A program made the translations under genes and the position numbers. 64,000 bases of DNA from Candidatus Sumerlaeaceae bacterium. Its GTDB lineage: Bacteria; Sumerlaeota; Sumerlaeia; Sumerlaeales; Sumerlaeaceae. Where the stretch lies: contig JBPCLP010000039.1 in NCBI GenBank assembly GCA_051003195.1, forward strand, positions 96,783 to 160,782. The letters are read 5' to 3'. Positions 51,529 through 61,012 of the stretch are shown here, one piece after another (the stretch's first letter is position 1; each line of letters opens with the position of its first letter). The notes beneath the pieces are model-generated. The model made no database searches and was not told the origin of the DNA. It saw only the letters and a list, made by a program, of their open reading frames with translations.

Positions 51529-52548
51529 ATGGCAGAGCAAAGAGCCCATGTATTCCAGCGGCTGGAGAGCCTTGCGCGAAAGCGGCTGTGCAGGATTGCA
51601 CTGTCCGAGGCGGGACACGACGCGCGTATACTGCGAGCGGCGATCGAGGTGCACCGTTCCGGCATTGCGCAGCCCGTGCTGGTAGGTGCGCACGAGGCGA
51701 TGCACGATCTGGCACGCGCCCGGGGCGTGCGGCTCGCCGACTTTGAGATTTTCGACCCGGCTGACCATATTAACGCGACTGCGGCAGCCTATATCGAGCG
51801 ACGTCGCGGCCGCCAGGAACTGACGGAGCAGCAGGCGCGCGCCATTGCCGCGGATGCGAACTGCTTTTCCGCACTCGGTGTGGGCGCTGGCACATTCGAT
51901 GGCTACGTCGGCGGCGCCTGCACCCCCACTGCCGATGTGGTGCGCGCAGCCATTCGTTGTGTGGGTACACGGCCCGGGATCAAGACAGTTTCGAGTTTTT
52001 TCCTGATGCTGCTGCCTGCGGATTCGCCCGCGGATGCACAGATGCTGCTGTTTGCGGATTGCGGCGTAGTAGCGGAACCGACCATCGAGCAACTGGCGGA
52101 TATCGCGATTACGACGGCGGATGTGGGCTGCACGCTTTTTGGCCTGGCGCCGCGCATCGCCATGCTTTCCTTTTCGACGCGGGGAAGTGCGCAACATCCG
52201 TATGTCACGAAGATGCGGGATGCGACGCGACTGGTGCAGGAGCGCCGGCCGGATCTTGCATGCGATGGAGAGATGCAGCTGGATGCAGCGATTGTGCAGA
52301 GCGTGGCCGAACGCAAGGCGCCGGGATCCGAAGTTGCCGGGCACGCGAACGTGCTCATTTTCCCGGATCTCGATGCCGGGAATATTGGATACAAGCTGAC
52401 GCAGCGGCTGGCAAATGCGGTCGCGATCGGTCCGGTGCTGCAAGGACTCGCCAAACCGGTGAGTGATCTCTCGCGGGGGTGTTCGGTGCAAGACGTGGTG
52501 GACGCGATTACGTTGACGGCCGCGCAGGCGAATTTAACCTGCAGGTAA
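51529..52548 (+). CDS. pta: Phosphate acetyltransferase
   Basis: VSSFFLM, FADCGV, AMLSFSTRGSA, DGEMQLDAA, FPDLDAGNIGYKL, KPVSDLSRG. Confidence 0.92.
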   Translation: MAEQRAHVFQRLESLARKRLCRIALSEAGHDARILRAAIEVHRSGIAQPVLVGAHEAMHDLARARGVRLADFEIFDPADHINATAAAYIERRRGRQELTEQQARAIAADANCFSALGVGAGTFDGYVGGACTPTADVVRAAIRCVGTRPGIKTVSSFFLMLLPADSPADAQMLLFADCGVVAEPTIEQLADIAITTADVGCTLFGLAPRIAMLSFSTRGSAQHPYVTKMRDATRLVQERRPDLACDGEMQLDAAIVQSVAERKAPGSEVAGHANVLIFPDLDAGNIGYKLTQRLANAVAIGPVLQGLAKPVSDLSRGCSVQDVVDAITLTAAQANLTCR

Positions 52549-52573
52549 CCAGAATCCGCAGTTTGGATTGCGA

Positions 52574-52769
52574 AATGTGTGACGAATCAGAAGTTCCTAT
52601 CCAGTGTGAGCGCGGAAGATGAGCTCAATTCGGCACACAGAACCTACCAACGAACTAATGGTAGACCACACCAGTGTGCCGAACCAGAAGTTCGTATCCA
52701 CGTATCAATGTGATTCTGCGCTCGTTCGGCACACAGAACCGAATACGAATTAACCGTAGACCACACTAG
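52574..52769 (+). repeat. Two tandem family A elements
   Basis: Copies at ~52574-52674 and 52671-52769; CCAG junction; ends GACCACACTAG. Confidence 0.85.
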
Positions 52770-53182
52770 CTCTCCCAGTAAGCTCGCAGCTCGCGCACGC
52801 CCTCCTGGAATGCGATATTCTCATTTGGCTCCGCACGCAGCTGCCACCGCATAAACGCGGCAAGTTCCGAAAGCCAGCCATCCAGAATGTCGCGCTCGAA
52901 AGCGGCGGCTTCAGCGCTGCCCCAGCGGTGGTGCTCCCCGTAAAGCGGTCGCGCAACCCCGCTGACAAACTCCACCTTGAGCATCGACAGAGCACCGCCA
53001 TTCAGCGTGTATCCGCGCGGTAGTGCGCGATTAAAACCCGGCGGCAACAGCATCGCAACACGGCGCGCGGCTGAGCGCGCACGGTCAATCAGGTCTCTCG
53101 ATAAGATAAGTGAGGCGGCGGTGGCCTGATTGCGCACGCGGCGACGGTCCACCGACGAAACGGCATGTGACAGTTGTTCCAT
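52766..53182 (-). CDS. Hypothetical protein
   Basis: ATG 53182 with GAGGAGAGG RBS; 138 aa; no recognised motif. Confidence 0.6.
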   Translation of the reverse strand: MEQLSHAVSSVDRRRVRNQATAASLILSRDLIDRARSAARRVAMLLPPGFNRALPRGYTLNGGALSMLKVEFVSGVARPLYGEHHRWGSAEAAAFERDILDGWLSELAAFMRWQLRAEPNENIAFQEGVRELRAYWES

Positions 53183-53430
53183 GGTTCCTCTCCTCAACGG
53201 TATTTCCCCGGCAGCCTGAGAAGCAATTCGGCCGCACCGGGAACGCGGCAGAATGCATTCGGAACAAGACCGAGACTCATTGCTCGAGCTAACAATTCAA
53301 GCAGAAGCGCCGTTCCTTAAATCATGAAAACGACATTCAGCCTTTAGAGAAGAACCGCGAAAGAAGGCCTGAGCCGCTGGTTTCCGGTGCCCTGCAGGCC
53401 ACAAGCTTCACGGCAAATATTCCGCAGTCA

Positions 53431-54924
53431 TCACGCTTCTTCTTCGTCCATCTGGCCCATCATGTGGCTGACGGTATCGGTGTAGGTGATCCTTTTGCCG
53501 ACAAGCATTTTGGTGATGAGGAAGTTCTGGTGCAGGCCTTCGATGATGAACTCCATGGCAGGGCCCAGGTCGCGCGGATCTTCGGCGGGAAATTCGGCTC
53601 GGGTGATGCGCTCAAGTTCATCGACTGCTTTCAGGGCGGCCAGGTATTCTTCGTGGCTCATCTCATCGCTGAGGTCGAGCGTGTGGTTGCCCTCTTCAAA
53701 CCACGCGACAACCGGCGCAAAGTGCGGAAAATTGAACTTCTGCTCGCGCCCGGGTTTATAGTTCGGGATGAAGCGGCGGTTGAAAGCCTCTTTAATCGCG
53801 CGGCCCACGAGAAACTGTGCGACGTTTGCCGGACCTTCCTGCTCGCCCTTATAGACAAGCTCGACCTTTCCGGTGATGGCGCTGATGGAAGCAAACATGT
53901 CGCAGATACGGGCGATCGCCTGCTTCTCCGCATTGACCAGGGCGCGGCGCTCGCCGGCGGACGCGATCGTTTCTATGTAGGTAATAGGCATGCGTGCCGA
54001 AACCCCGGAGTTGCGGTCGACGTACTCGCTTTTACGTGCCTCGAAGGCGGTGCGCTCGATCAGCTCACGGAAGAATTCTGGGACATGCACGGGCAGGAGA
54101 TCCGCGCCGTCGCGGGTTACCCATGCTTCCTGGCGTGTAATCGCAATGGCATCTTCAAGGCCTTCGGGGTAGTGCGTGATGATCTGCGCGTCAATGCGGT
54201 CCTTCAGAGGCGTGATAATGTTGCCGCGGTTGGTATAATCTTCCGGGTTGGCAGTATACACAATGCACAGGTCGAGCGGAATACGTACTGGAAACCCGCG
54301 TATCTGGACGTCTTTTTCTTCCATGATGTTGAGCAAACCAACCTGGATGCGCGGCTGCAGGTCGGGCAATTCATTAATGGCGAAGATGCCGCGATTAGAA
54401 CGGGGAATGATCCCATAGTGGATGACGTCTTCGTCTGAAAAATCGAGGCGTTTTGACATGGCTTTGATCGGATCGACGTCGCCGATGAGATCGGCAATTG
54501 TGACATCAGGCGTGGCGAGTTTCTCCTGGTAGCGCTGCTCGCGCGTGAGCCACTCGACCGGAGTTTCGTCTCCCATTGCGGCGACCATGTTGCGCGCATG
54601 CTTTGAGATGGGGTGGAACGGGTCGTCGTTGATATGCGAGCCCTGCACGATCGGCATGGCGTCGTCGAGCAATTGTACAAGTGAGCGGACGATGCGCGTT
54701 TTTGCCTGGCCACGGAGGCCCAGCAGAAGGAAATCGTGCTGTGCCAGCACCGCCTTCTGGATTTGCGGAATAACGGTCTCGTCGTACCCGAGAATACCCG
54801 GGAAGAGTGGCTCTCGGTTGCGCAGCTTCCGCATGAGGTTGCGGCGCATCTCTTCCTTCACAGTGGTTACCTTGTAGCCGCTGCGTTTTAGTTCTCCCAG
54901 TGTGGCCGGATACGACTGAGCCAT
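53431..54924 (-). CDS. Mg-chelatase subunit I-like AAA+ ATPase
   Basis: LGLRGQAKT (Walker A variant), KLATPDVTIADLIGDVDPIKA, NELPDL, TANPEDYTNRG, PLKDRI. Confidence 0.88.
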   Translation of the reverse strand: MAQSYPATLGELKRSGYKVTTVKEEMRRNLMRKLRNREPLFPGILGYDETVIPQIQKAVLAQHDFLLLGLRGQAKTRIVRSLVQLLDDAMPIVQGSHINDDPFHPISKHARNMVAAMGDETPVEWLTREQRYQEKLATPDVTIADLIGDVDPIKAMSKRLDFSDEDVIHYGIIPRSNRGIFAINELPDLQPRIQVGLLNIMEEKDVQIRGFPVRIPLDLCIVYTANPEDYTNRGNIITPLKDRIDAQIITHYPEGLEDAIAITRQEAWVTRDGADLLPVHVPEFFRELIERTAFEARKSEYVDRNSGVSARMPITYIETIASAGERRALVNAEKQAIARICDMFASISAITGKVELVYKGEQEGPANVAQFLVGRAIKEAFNRRFIPNYKPGREQKFNFPHFAPVVAWFEEGNHTLDLSDEMSHEEYLAALKAVDELERITRAEFPAEDPRDLGPAMEFIIEGLHQNFLITKMLVGKRITYTDTVSHMMGQMDEEEA

Positions 54925-55048
54925 GAAACCCCCGATGTTGAGTGGTGGAGTGCCAGCGTAGCTGGTATTCTTGTGCTGCTCTAACTGAGTAGTGGTGGAC
55001 TGGCAGAGGGATTCATTTGCCCGGCGATCGGCGCACGGGGTCGATGTG

Positions 55049-56074
55049 TCAGCCTGGGTGCTGGTCGGCTTCGTATCGCAGTCCCCATTGACGGCGCAGG
55101 GTATCCATGGTGCGCATTACGTCGAGCGTTTCATCGAGAGGCAGAATGGCCGACTCGGTAAGGCCCGCGCGCACACAACGCATCACCTCGGACGCTTCGT
55201 AGTTGTAGCCATTACCCGTGTACGGAACATCGATGCGCTCGTCTTCGCGCTCAGGGCGGCAGATTGTCATGGAGCGAGGCATCCACCACTGGGAATGCAC
55301 CTGGATGCGGCCCTCCGTGCCGACCACGAAAGCCTCGTGCTGCGAGCGGGCGCGCGTGCCGCAGCTCAGGCTGGCCAGTCGACCCTGGCCGTAGGTGATG
55401 CACAGGGAGGCGGCTTCGTCTACTCCTGTCTGGCCAATGTGAGCGAGCCCGACGGCTTCGGCTGGGCGGCCGAGCAGCATGGACGCGAAGGAAATTGGAT
55501 ATACGCCGACGTCGAGCAGTGCGCCGCCCCCTTTGGCAGGATCAAAGATGCGGCTCTCAGGATCGAATTCCGAACGGAATGAAAAGTCAGCCTGCACAGC
55601 CCGGACGTCGCCGATATCACCTTGTGCGACGATGTCACGCAGCCGGCCCATCAGGGGCAGAAATCGCGACCACATTGCTTCCATGCAGAATACCTTGTTG
55701 CGACGTGCAGCATCCACCACGGTTTTGGCTTCGCGCGAATTGACTGTAAACGGCTTCTCGACGAGCACCGGCTTGCCTGCCTCTATGGCGGCAATGGCAG
55801 CACAGGCGTGGTCGGGGTGGCGCGTGGCTATATAAATGGCGTCGATTTCAGGATCGGCGTACAGTTCCTCATAGCTGGCGTAGCAGCGCGGAACATCGAA
55901 CTCCCGTTGAAAAATGTCCGCGCGTTCACGGCTCCGCGATGCCCCGGCAGCGAGCTGTGCATCGGGACATTCGCGCAGCCCCCATGCGAACGAGCGTGCG
56001 ATATGGCCCAGCCCCAGGATGCCCCATCGAAACGGTGTGCTATTCATCGCAAAATTGCCTGGCGGTTGATCCAT
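55049..56074 (-). CDS. Gfo/Idh/MocA family oxidoreductase
   Basis: WGILGLGHIA, VLVEKPF, MEAMWSRFLP, GGGALLDVGVY; start may be 56047. Confidence 0.93.
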   Translation of the reverse strand: MDQPPGNFAMNSTPFRWGILGLGHIARSFAWGLRECPDAQLAAGASRSRERADIFQREFDVPRCYASYEELYADPEIDAIYIATRHPDHACAAIAAIEAGKPVLVEKPFTVNSREAKTVVDAARRNKVFCMEAMWSRFLPLMGRLRDIVAQGDIGDVRAVQADFSFRSEFDPESRIFDPAKGGGALLDVGVYPISFASMLLGRPAEAVGLAHIGQTGVDEAASLCITYGQGRLASLSCGTRARSQHEAFVVGTEGRIQVHSQWWMPRSMTICRPEREDERIDVPYTGNGYNYEASEVMRCVRAGLTESAILPLDETLDVMRTMDTLRRQWGLRYEADQHPG

Positions 56075-56146
56075 TGTTCACGAGCAAATCGCGCAAGCCG
56101 GTTTTAAACCCGATAACATTCCAGTGGATGAGTGTAGTAATGCGCC

Positions 56147-57577
56147 GTGCCATCGTTTTCCCATTGGTTAATATGCCTGCTGCTGATCGCGAGTGTTGCG
56201 ATCCAGCGGGTGAGCCATGCGCAGGTGGCCGCATCCAACGGTTCCACTGCAACAAGTTCTCTGCAGGGCAAACCACAAATTGTGGCAGACCCGTATATGG
56301 AACGCACGGTCTCGAATGCCCGAGCTGCGTTTCTGAAGGGAAAGCCCTTCAATCGTTGCGACGCGGCGGTGCTGGTACACGATTCAAAAACAGGCATCTG
56401 GCGCCGCGGCCACGTTAACGGCGAGAACCTGACTTATCCCGCCAGCGCCGTGAAGCTGGCGTATCTTGCTGCGGCCATGCGTTGGTGCGAGCAGAACAAT
56501 AAGCCACCGACAGCATTGGATCGGTCGGTTCGACCCATGATCGAGAAATCGGATAATGTTCAGACGGGTGTGGTGGTGGATGCGATCACGCGGGCACCGA
56601 ACATTGCCGATCTCCAGACGACTTCAGACCAGCGATATAAAAACTGGTTCAATGCGCGACAATACACCATGCGATTCCTGGAAAGAGAAGAACTGCTGAA
56701 TGGACAGGTGCTTCTGCACAAGACCTATCCTACGAATTCCGGGAGTGACCTGGCTGGAGCGGAGAAGCTGGCGCGTGCCGACGCGGGAAAAAACACGATG
56801 CAGCCGCTCGCTTCGGCCGAATTGATTCTACGGATGGCGACAGGGAGTTTGCAGCCTGAAGCGACTGGGTACATGCGCGAACTGCTGACACATGACCGCT
56901 GGGGTGCTGCTTCGGCTACGGGGCCTGGGTTCCCGCCGGGAACGACGTACATGAACAAGGCTGGCTGGGCTTACGACAATGCGAATGATATCGCGTTTGC
57001 GGAACTGCCTAACGGGCAGCAACTGGTGGTAGCCGTATTCACAAATGGTCTCATCAAGCCGTTTAAGGACGATCCAAGCCCGCACGACAAAACGATCCTG
57101 GCCGAGTTTGTGGAGTTGCTTCTTCTCGAGCTCGGGTGGATTTCAGACTCGGACCGCGCATACTTTGATACAACCGGCGGTCAGGTGGACGTGCGCGGCG
57201 AGTGGCGAAAAATGGATGCTGCTGGCTGCGCGCCGAATGGCGTTCCCGGTGCCGGGAGCACGGCGCTGTTGAAACCCGCTGGACATGGAAGTGGAACTAT
57301 CACCTGGAATTTGTCGGTACCCAGGGCCGGTCTTTACGAGGTATGTGTCGCATATCCGGCTGCGTCGGACAGAACCGCGGCAGCAATGTATGCAGTGCAG
57401 CACGCGGATGGATACACGAGCGTGGCTGTGAACCAGCGGCAAGTGGGCGGACGCTGGAACAGGCTGGGCGATTTTCGTTTTGAGGAAGGCGCCGGGCGGG
57501 TGGTGCTGTCAGACGGCGGACCTGGCGGCAGTACCGTCGCCGCTGGAGCGCTTAGAGCTCTATGCTGGCCTGAGTAA
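56147..57577 (+). CDS. Secreted serine hydrolase (class A beta-lactamase/PBP-like) with golvesin-like C-terminal domain
   Basis: YPASAVK (SxxK), SDN, NKAG; C-terminal GLYEVCVAY..ASDR...VNQRQVGGRWNRLG.F.F. Confidence 0.82.
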   Translation: MPSFSHWLICLLLIASVAIQRVSHAQVAASNGSTATSSLQGKPQIVADPYMERTVSNARAAFLKGKPFNRCDAAVLVHDSKTGIWRRGHVNGENLTYPASAVKLAYLAAAMRWCEQNNKPPTALDRSVRPMIEKSDNVQTGVVVDAITRAPNIADLQTTSDQRYKNWFNARQYTMRFLEREELLNGQVLLHKTYPTNSGSDLAGAEKLARADAGKNTMQPLASAELILRMATGSLQPEATGYMRELLTHDRWGAASATGPGFPPGTTYMNKAGWAYDNANDIAFAELPNGQQLVVAVFTNGLIKPFKDDPSPHDKTILAEFVELLLLELGWISDSDRAYFDTTGGQVDVRGEWRKMDAAGCAPNGVPGAGSTALLKPAGHGSGTITWNLSVPRAGLYEVCVAYPAASDRTAAAMYAVQHADGYTSVAVNQRQVGGRWNRLGDFRFEEGAGRVVLSDGGPGGSTVAAGALRALCWPE

Positions 57578-57673
57578 CCGCACTCTTGAAAATCAGCTTA
57601 TCGTGAAGCACTTGTCTGTAAGTCTTCGAACGGGCAATCCAGCAGGGTTGCCTGATGAAGCGCAGGAGAGGGC

Positions 57674-59893
57674 ATGGGAGTGAACACCTGTCATATTGCA
57701 GTCATAATCTGCGCAGTATTTGCGACACATGCGATGCCAGTCTCTGCTCTCACAGAGACGGCCAATCCTCCCGTGGGCGTTGCGGCTAAACCTGCCGGGA
57801 GCAGCACGGGAGCTCGGAACTTCTCCTTTATACACATGTCGGATATCCACGTCGACACATGGACGACCATGCCTCTGGATTTGTCCGCTGCACGCAGTTT
57901 CAAATGTGTCAGCATGCTCAAAGACCTTGACCGGGTTGAGCTGAGGCCGTACACTGTAACCGCGCCCCGGCCGTCGTTCTTTATTGCGACCGGTGATAAC
58001 ACGGAGTTTGGATTCGCCGGCGTGACAGGCGATGTGCTGAACCGTTACTTTCACGGCGTAAAGCAGCCCGTATTTTTTGCGACCGGGAATCATGATAATA
58101 CCTGGGTGCCGCCGACAAAGTGGTTCAAGGAGCGGTACGGCGGCGAAAACTACAGCTTCGATTTCGGCGGCTGTCATTTCATCGCGTTGAACAGTTGCAC
58201 GCTGCACGATCCGAACCCCTCGTTTGGTGAGGAAACCATTGGCTTCATTCGCAATGATTTGCGTACGCGCGATAACAGCACGCCGATTTTCTGCTTCTGC
58301 CATCATCCGCTGCATGGCGGAGAATTCGCCAGCAAGTATGATGGTGACCGTGTGCTCGATGCGCTGCGCACGCATAACGCCGTTCTGTTCCTGGTTGGGC
58401 ATGGGCATTCGAGCGTCACGTTCGACTTTGCCGGTATTCCAGGCGTGATGGGCGGGTCGACTTTCACAAATGGGAAGCAGCCGACCGAAGGATACAATAT
58501 TGTCTCTGTTGATGGCGACAAACTGCGGGTTGCCTACCGTCGGATGATCGATCCCTCAGCAAGTAAGCCGATGCTGGAGCGGACCATTCCGAAGCGCGCA
58601 AATTACCCGTCCATTCTGACGCAGGCGGGACTGGTGCAGGTGGATGGATGCAGAAAGCTTCAGATCAGCGCGAGTATCGGCGGCATGGCGGCTCCGCTGG
58701 CAAGTGCGACTTATGAGCTCGATGACGAGACGAGCGGACGGTTGAACGTGAGCGGGGCTACTGCTTCCGCATCGCTTTACACGACGGATGTGCTGAACGG
58801 TTCCCACTTCGTGCGGTTCACTTTCTCAGACCAGCAGGGGAACAGCTACCAGCGAAGCGCCCCCGTATATCTTGATCTGCCCGGTGGGAGCGGCACGGCT
58901 ACCGCGAAGTGGCGCCGGCAGCTGGGCGGCAGTTCGCGCAGCACTCCACTCGTGCACGAGGGAGGTTTGTACATCGGTGCAAATGATGGAAAATTTTATG
59001 CGTTCGACGCCGCAACGGGAAATCCTTTGTGGACCTTCAACGCCGGATGCGAGATCGCCTGCGGAGCAGCGTACTTTAACGGCTCAATTCTTTTCGGGAG
59101 TGGTGATGGAAAATTCCGTGCGCTCACGCTCGACGGAAAAGAGAAGTGGAGGTACGATGGCAAACTGCCTGTGTTCTCGTCCCCGGTTGTGGATGCCCAG
59201 GGCGTTGTGTATTTCGGCAGTAATGATGGTGTGCTTACGGCGCTTGATGCCGCGACGGGACGGGTTCGCTGGCGCAATACGGATGCGCAGTACAGCATTG
59301 AAAGCAAACCGCTGCTGCACGAGGGACGGCTGTATGTTGGCGCGTGGGACGGATATATTTACTGCGTTAATTGCGCGGATGGCCGTACGCAGTGGAGGAA
59401 GCCGGGAACTCACAACCAGAAGAGAGTCGTCAGGTATTACGCGCCTGCTGACGCGACTCCGGTGATCGCCAACCGTAAACTGTTCGTTAGTGATCGCGGG
59501 TACTATGGCGGTGTTTATAATCTGGACGGCGTATTCGAGGGAAAGATCGCGGACGATGTGACTGCGTTTGGTACTTCAGCTGATGGTCGCAGCCTTTATC
59601 TTCGCAATACGAAATCAGGACTTTCGAAGATCGATACGCAGACCACGACAATCTGGGAATCGCAGCTCGTTGCCGGGCGTGTTCCTTCCGCACCAATCGA
59701 GCAGGCGGGCCGTGTTTTTGTAATTACCAATCGCGGAGATCTGAATGTGCTCGATGCAGGCACGGGCATGGTGCAGTGCCGCTACCGCGTGACGCCGCGC
59801 CTTTATGTAATGGGCTCTCCCGCAGTGGACGGAAACACTGTCTATGCATGCGGACAGGACGGGGTGCTAACCGCAATTGCAGTTCCACGGTAA
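57674..59893 (+). CDS. Secreted metallophosphoesterase with PQQ-type beta-propeller
   Basis: SDIH, TGDNTE, GNHD, HHP, GHGH; repeats such as YAFDAATGNPLW and ALDAATGRVRW. Confidence 0.88.
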   Translation: MGVNTCHIAVIICAVFATHAMPVSALTETANPPVGVAAKPAGSSTGARNFSFIHMSDIHVDTWTTMPLDLSAARSFKCVSMLKDLDRVELRPYTVTAPRPSFFIATGDNTEFGFAGVTGDVLNRYFHGVKQPVFFATGNHDNTWVPPTKWFKERYGGENYSFDFGGCHFIALNSCTLHDPNPSFGEETIGFIRNDLRTRDNSTPIFCFCHHPLHGGEFASKYDGDRVLDALRTHNAVLFLVGHGHSSVTFDFAGIPGVMGGSTFTNGKQPTEGYNIVSVDGDKLRVAYRRMIDPSASKPMLERTIPKRANYPSILTQAGLVQVDGCRKLQISASIGGMAAPLASATYELDDETSGRLNVSGATASASLYTTDVLNGSHFVRFTFSDQQGNSYQRSAPVYLDLPGGSGTATAKWRRQLGGSSRSTPLVHEGGLYIGANDGKFYAFDAATGNPLWTFNAGCEIACGAAYFNGSILFGSGDGKFRALTLDGKEKWRYDGKLPVFSSPVVDAQGVVYFGSNDGVLTALDAATGRVRWRNTDAQYSIESKPLLHEGRLYVGAWDGYIYCVNCADGRTQWRKPGTHNQKRVVRYYAPADATPVIANRKLFVSDRGYYGGVYNLDGVFEGKIADDVTAFGTSADGRSLYLRNTKSGLSKIDTQTTTIWESQLVAGRVPSAPIEQAGRVFVITNRGDLNVLDAGTGMVQCRYRVTPRLYVMGSPAVDGNTVYACGQDGVLTAIAVPR

Positions 59894-59897
59894 CCAG

Positions 59898-60929
59898 GTG
59901 AAGGCCAACTGGTTGTTTGCGATGACTATTGCTGCTGGCATTAGCAGCACACCCCTTGCGGCGGAAACCTCCACCAGCATCAACGCTGCAGCATCTACTG
60001 CGAATATATCTGCCCGTGCAGATTTGCCTCCGGTCGCATTACCGAATGAACTGCTCACGTCGTATACGTTTTCTCCCGACGTGCGCGTTCTGGTACAACG
60101 CCGCCGTGAACCAGACGCGACAAAGACCACTCGCGTTGTGTTGTATACGCTCCCCAACGCCAATACCATCGAGCACACTTTTGGGCGTGCAGAGGAGCCG
60201 GGCCAGGACTGGCACTATCAGATTCAGCACATTGGAGCTCAGACCCGCCGCGTGCAGGAACTCCTGCCCGACGAGAATCTCGTAACGATCAGCCTGCAGG
60301 CTAAGGAGAAGAGCTGGCCCGGCTGGCGAAAGACTCACCCGGACAGCAGCGCCACGATACGTAAACTCGTAGAGACGCTGCACGAGGAGTATGGCACCAC
60401 ATCGACCATCGATCTCGTCAGCCACAGTGGCGGCGGCAGTTTCATATTTGGATACCTGAACGGCGTTACGGAGATTCCGGACTACGTGCGCCGTATAGTC
60501 TTTATCGACAGTAACTACGCGTTCGATGTGGAGGAAGGTCATGCGCAGAAACTGCACGGATGGCTGACGCGAAGCGACGAGCGTCGTCTACTGGTTCTGG
60601 CTTACGATGACCGAAACATCGTGCTCAATGGCAAGCCAATCGTGAGTGCGACAGGGGGTACTTTCCGATCGACGAGCCGAATGTCCGCGGCGTTTGAAAC
60701 CTCCATTCCGCTGGAAGTTGGACGCGACCGTGATTTTATTACCTCTACAGGGCTGGCCGGGCGAGTCTCTTTGCGCGCGCACGTAAATCCCGAGGGCAGG
60801 ATATTGCATACCGTCCTCGTGGAAAAGAACGGCTTCGTGCATGCATTGACCGCGGGTACCCGGGCCGAAAACCTGTCTTCACCCGAAGATTTTTACGGGG
60901 AGCGGCGATACCGGAACTGGATTCGCTGA
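59898..60929 (+). CDS. Secreted hypothetical protein, alpha/beta-hydrolase-like
   Basis: Signal-like N-terminus; nucleophile-elbow-like VSHSGGG, FIDSNY. Start uncertain (59877 or 59898). Confidence 0.65.
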   Translation: MKANWLFAMTIAAGISSTPLAAETSTSINAAASTANISARADLPPVALPNELLTSYTFSPDVRVLVQRRREPDATKTTRVVLYTLPNANTIEHTFGRAEEPGQDWHYQIQHIGAQTRRVQELLPDENLVTISLQAKEKSWPGWRKTHPDSSATIRKLVETLHEEYGTTSTIDLVSHSGGGSFIFGYLNGVTEIPDYVRRIVFIDSNYAFDVEEGHAQKLHGWLTRSDERRLLVLAYDDRNIVLNGKPIVSATGGTFRSTSRMSAAFETSIPLEVGRDRDFITSTGLAGRVSLRAHVNPEGRILHTVLVEKNGFVHALTAGTRAENLSSPEDFYGERRYRNWIR

Positions 60930-61012
60930 TAACCGCGCTAGCGGAGCAGTTTCTTCTATACAAGGGATGGCGAATTGGCAGGCTGTTACGCTCACCATGT
61001 TAAAAGGTCGTT

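Noticed and set aside
53431..54924. Chlorophyll biosynthesis gene (bchI/chlI)
   Set aside because: Belongs to the longer non-photosynthetic ChlI-like ATPase group; no tetrapyrrole genes nearby.
56147..57577. Antibiotic-resistance beta-lactamase
   Set aside because: Only the generic SxxK/SDN/KxG motifs; no recognisable class A omega-loop ExxLN; the extra domain suggests a cell-wall enzyme.
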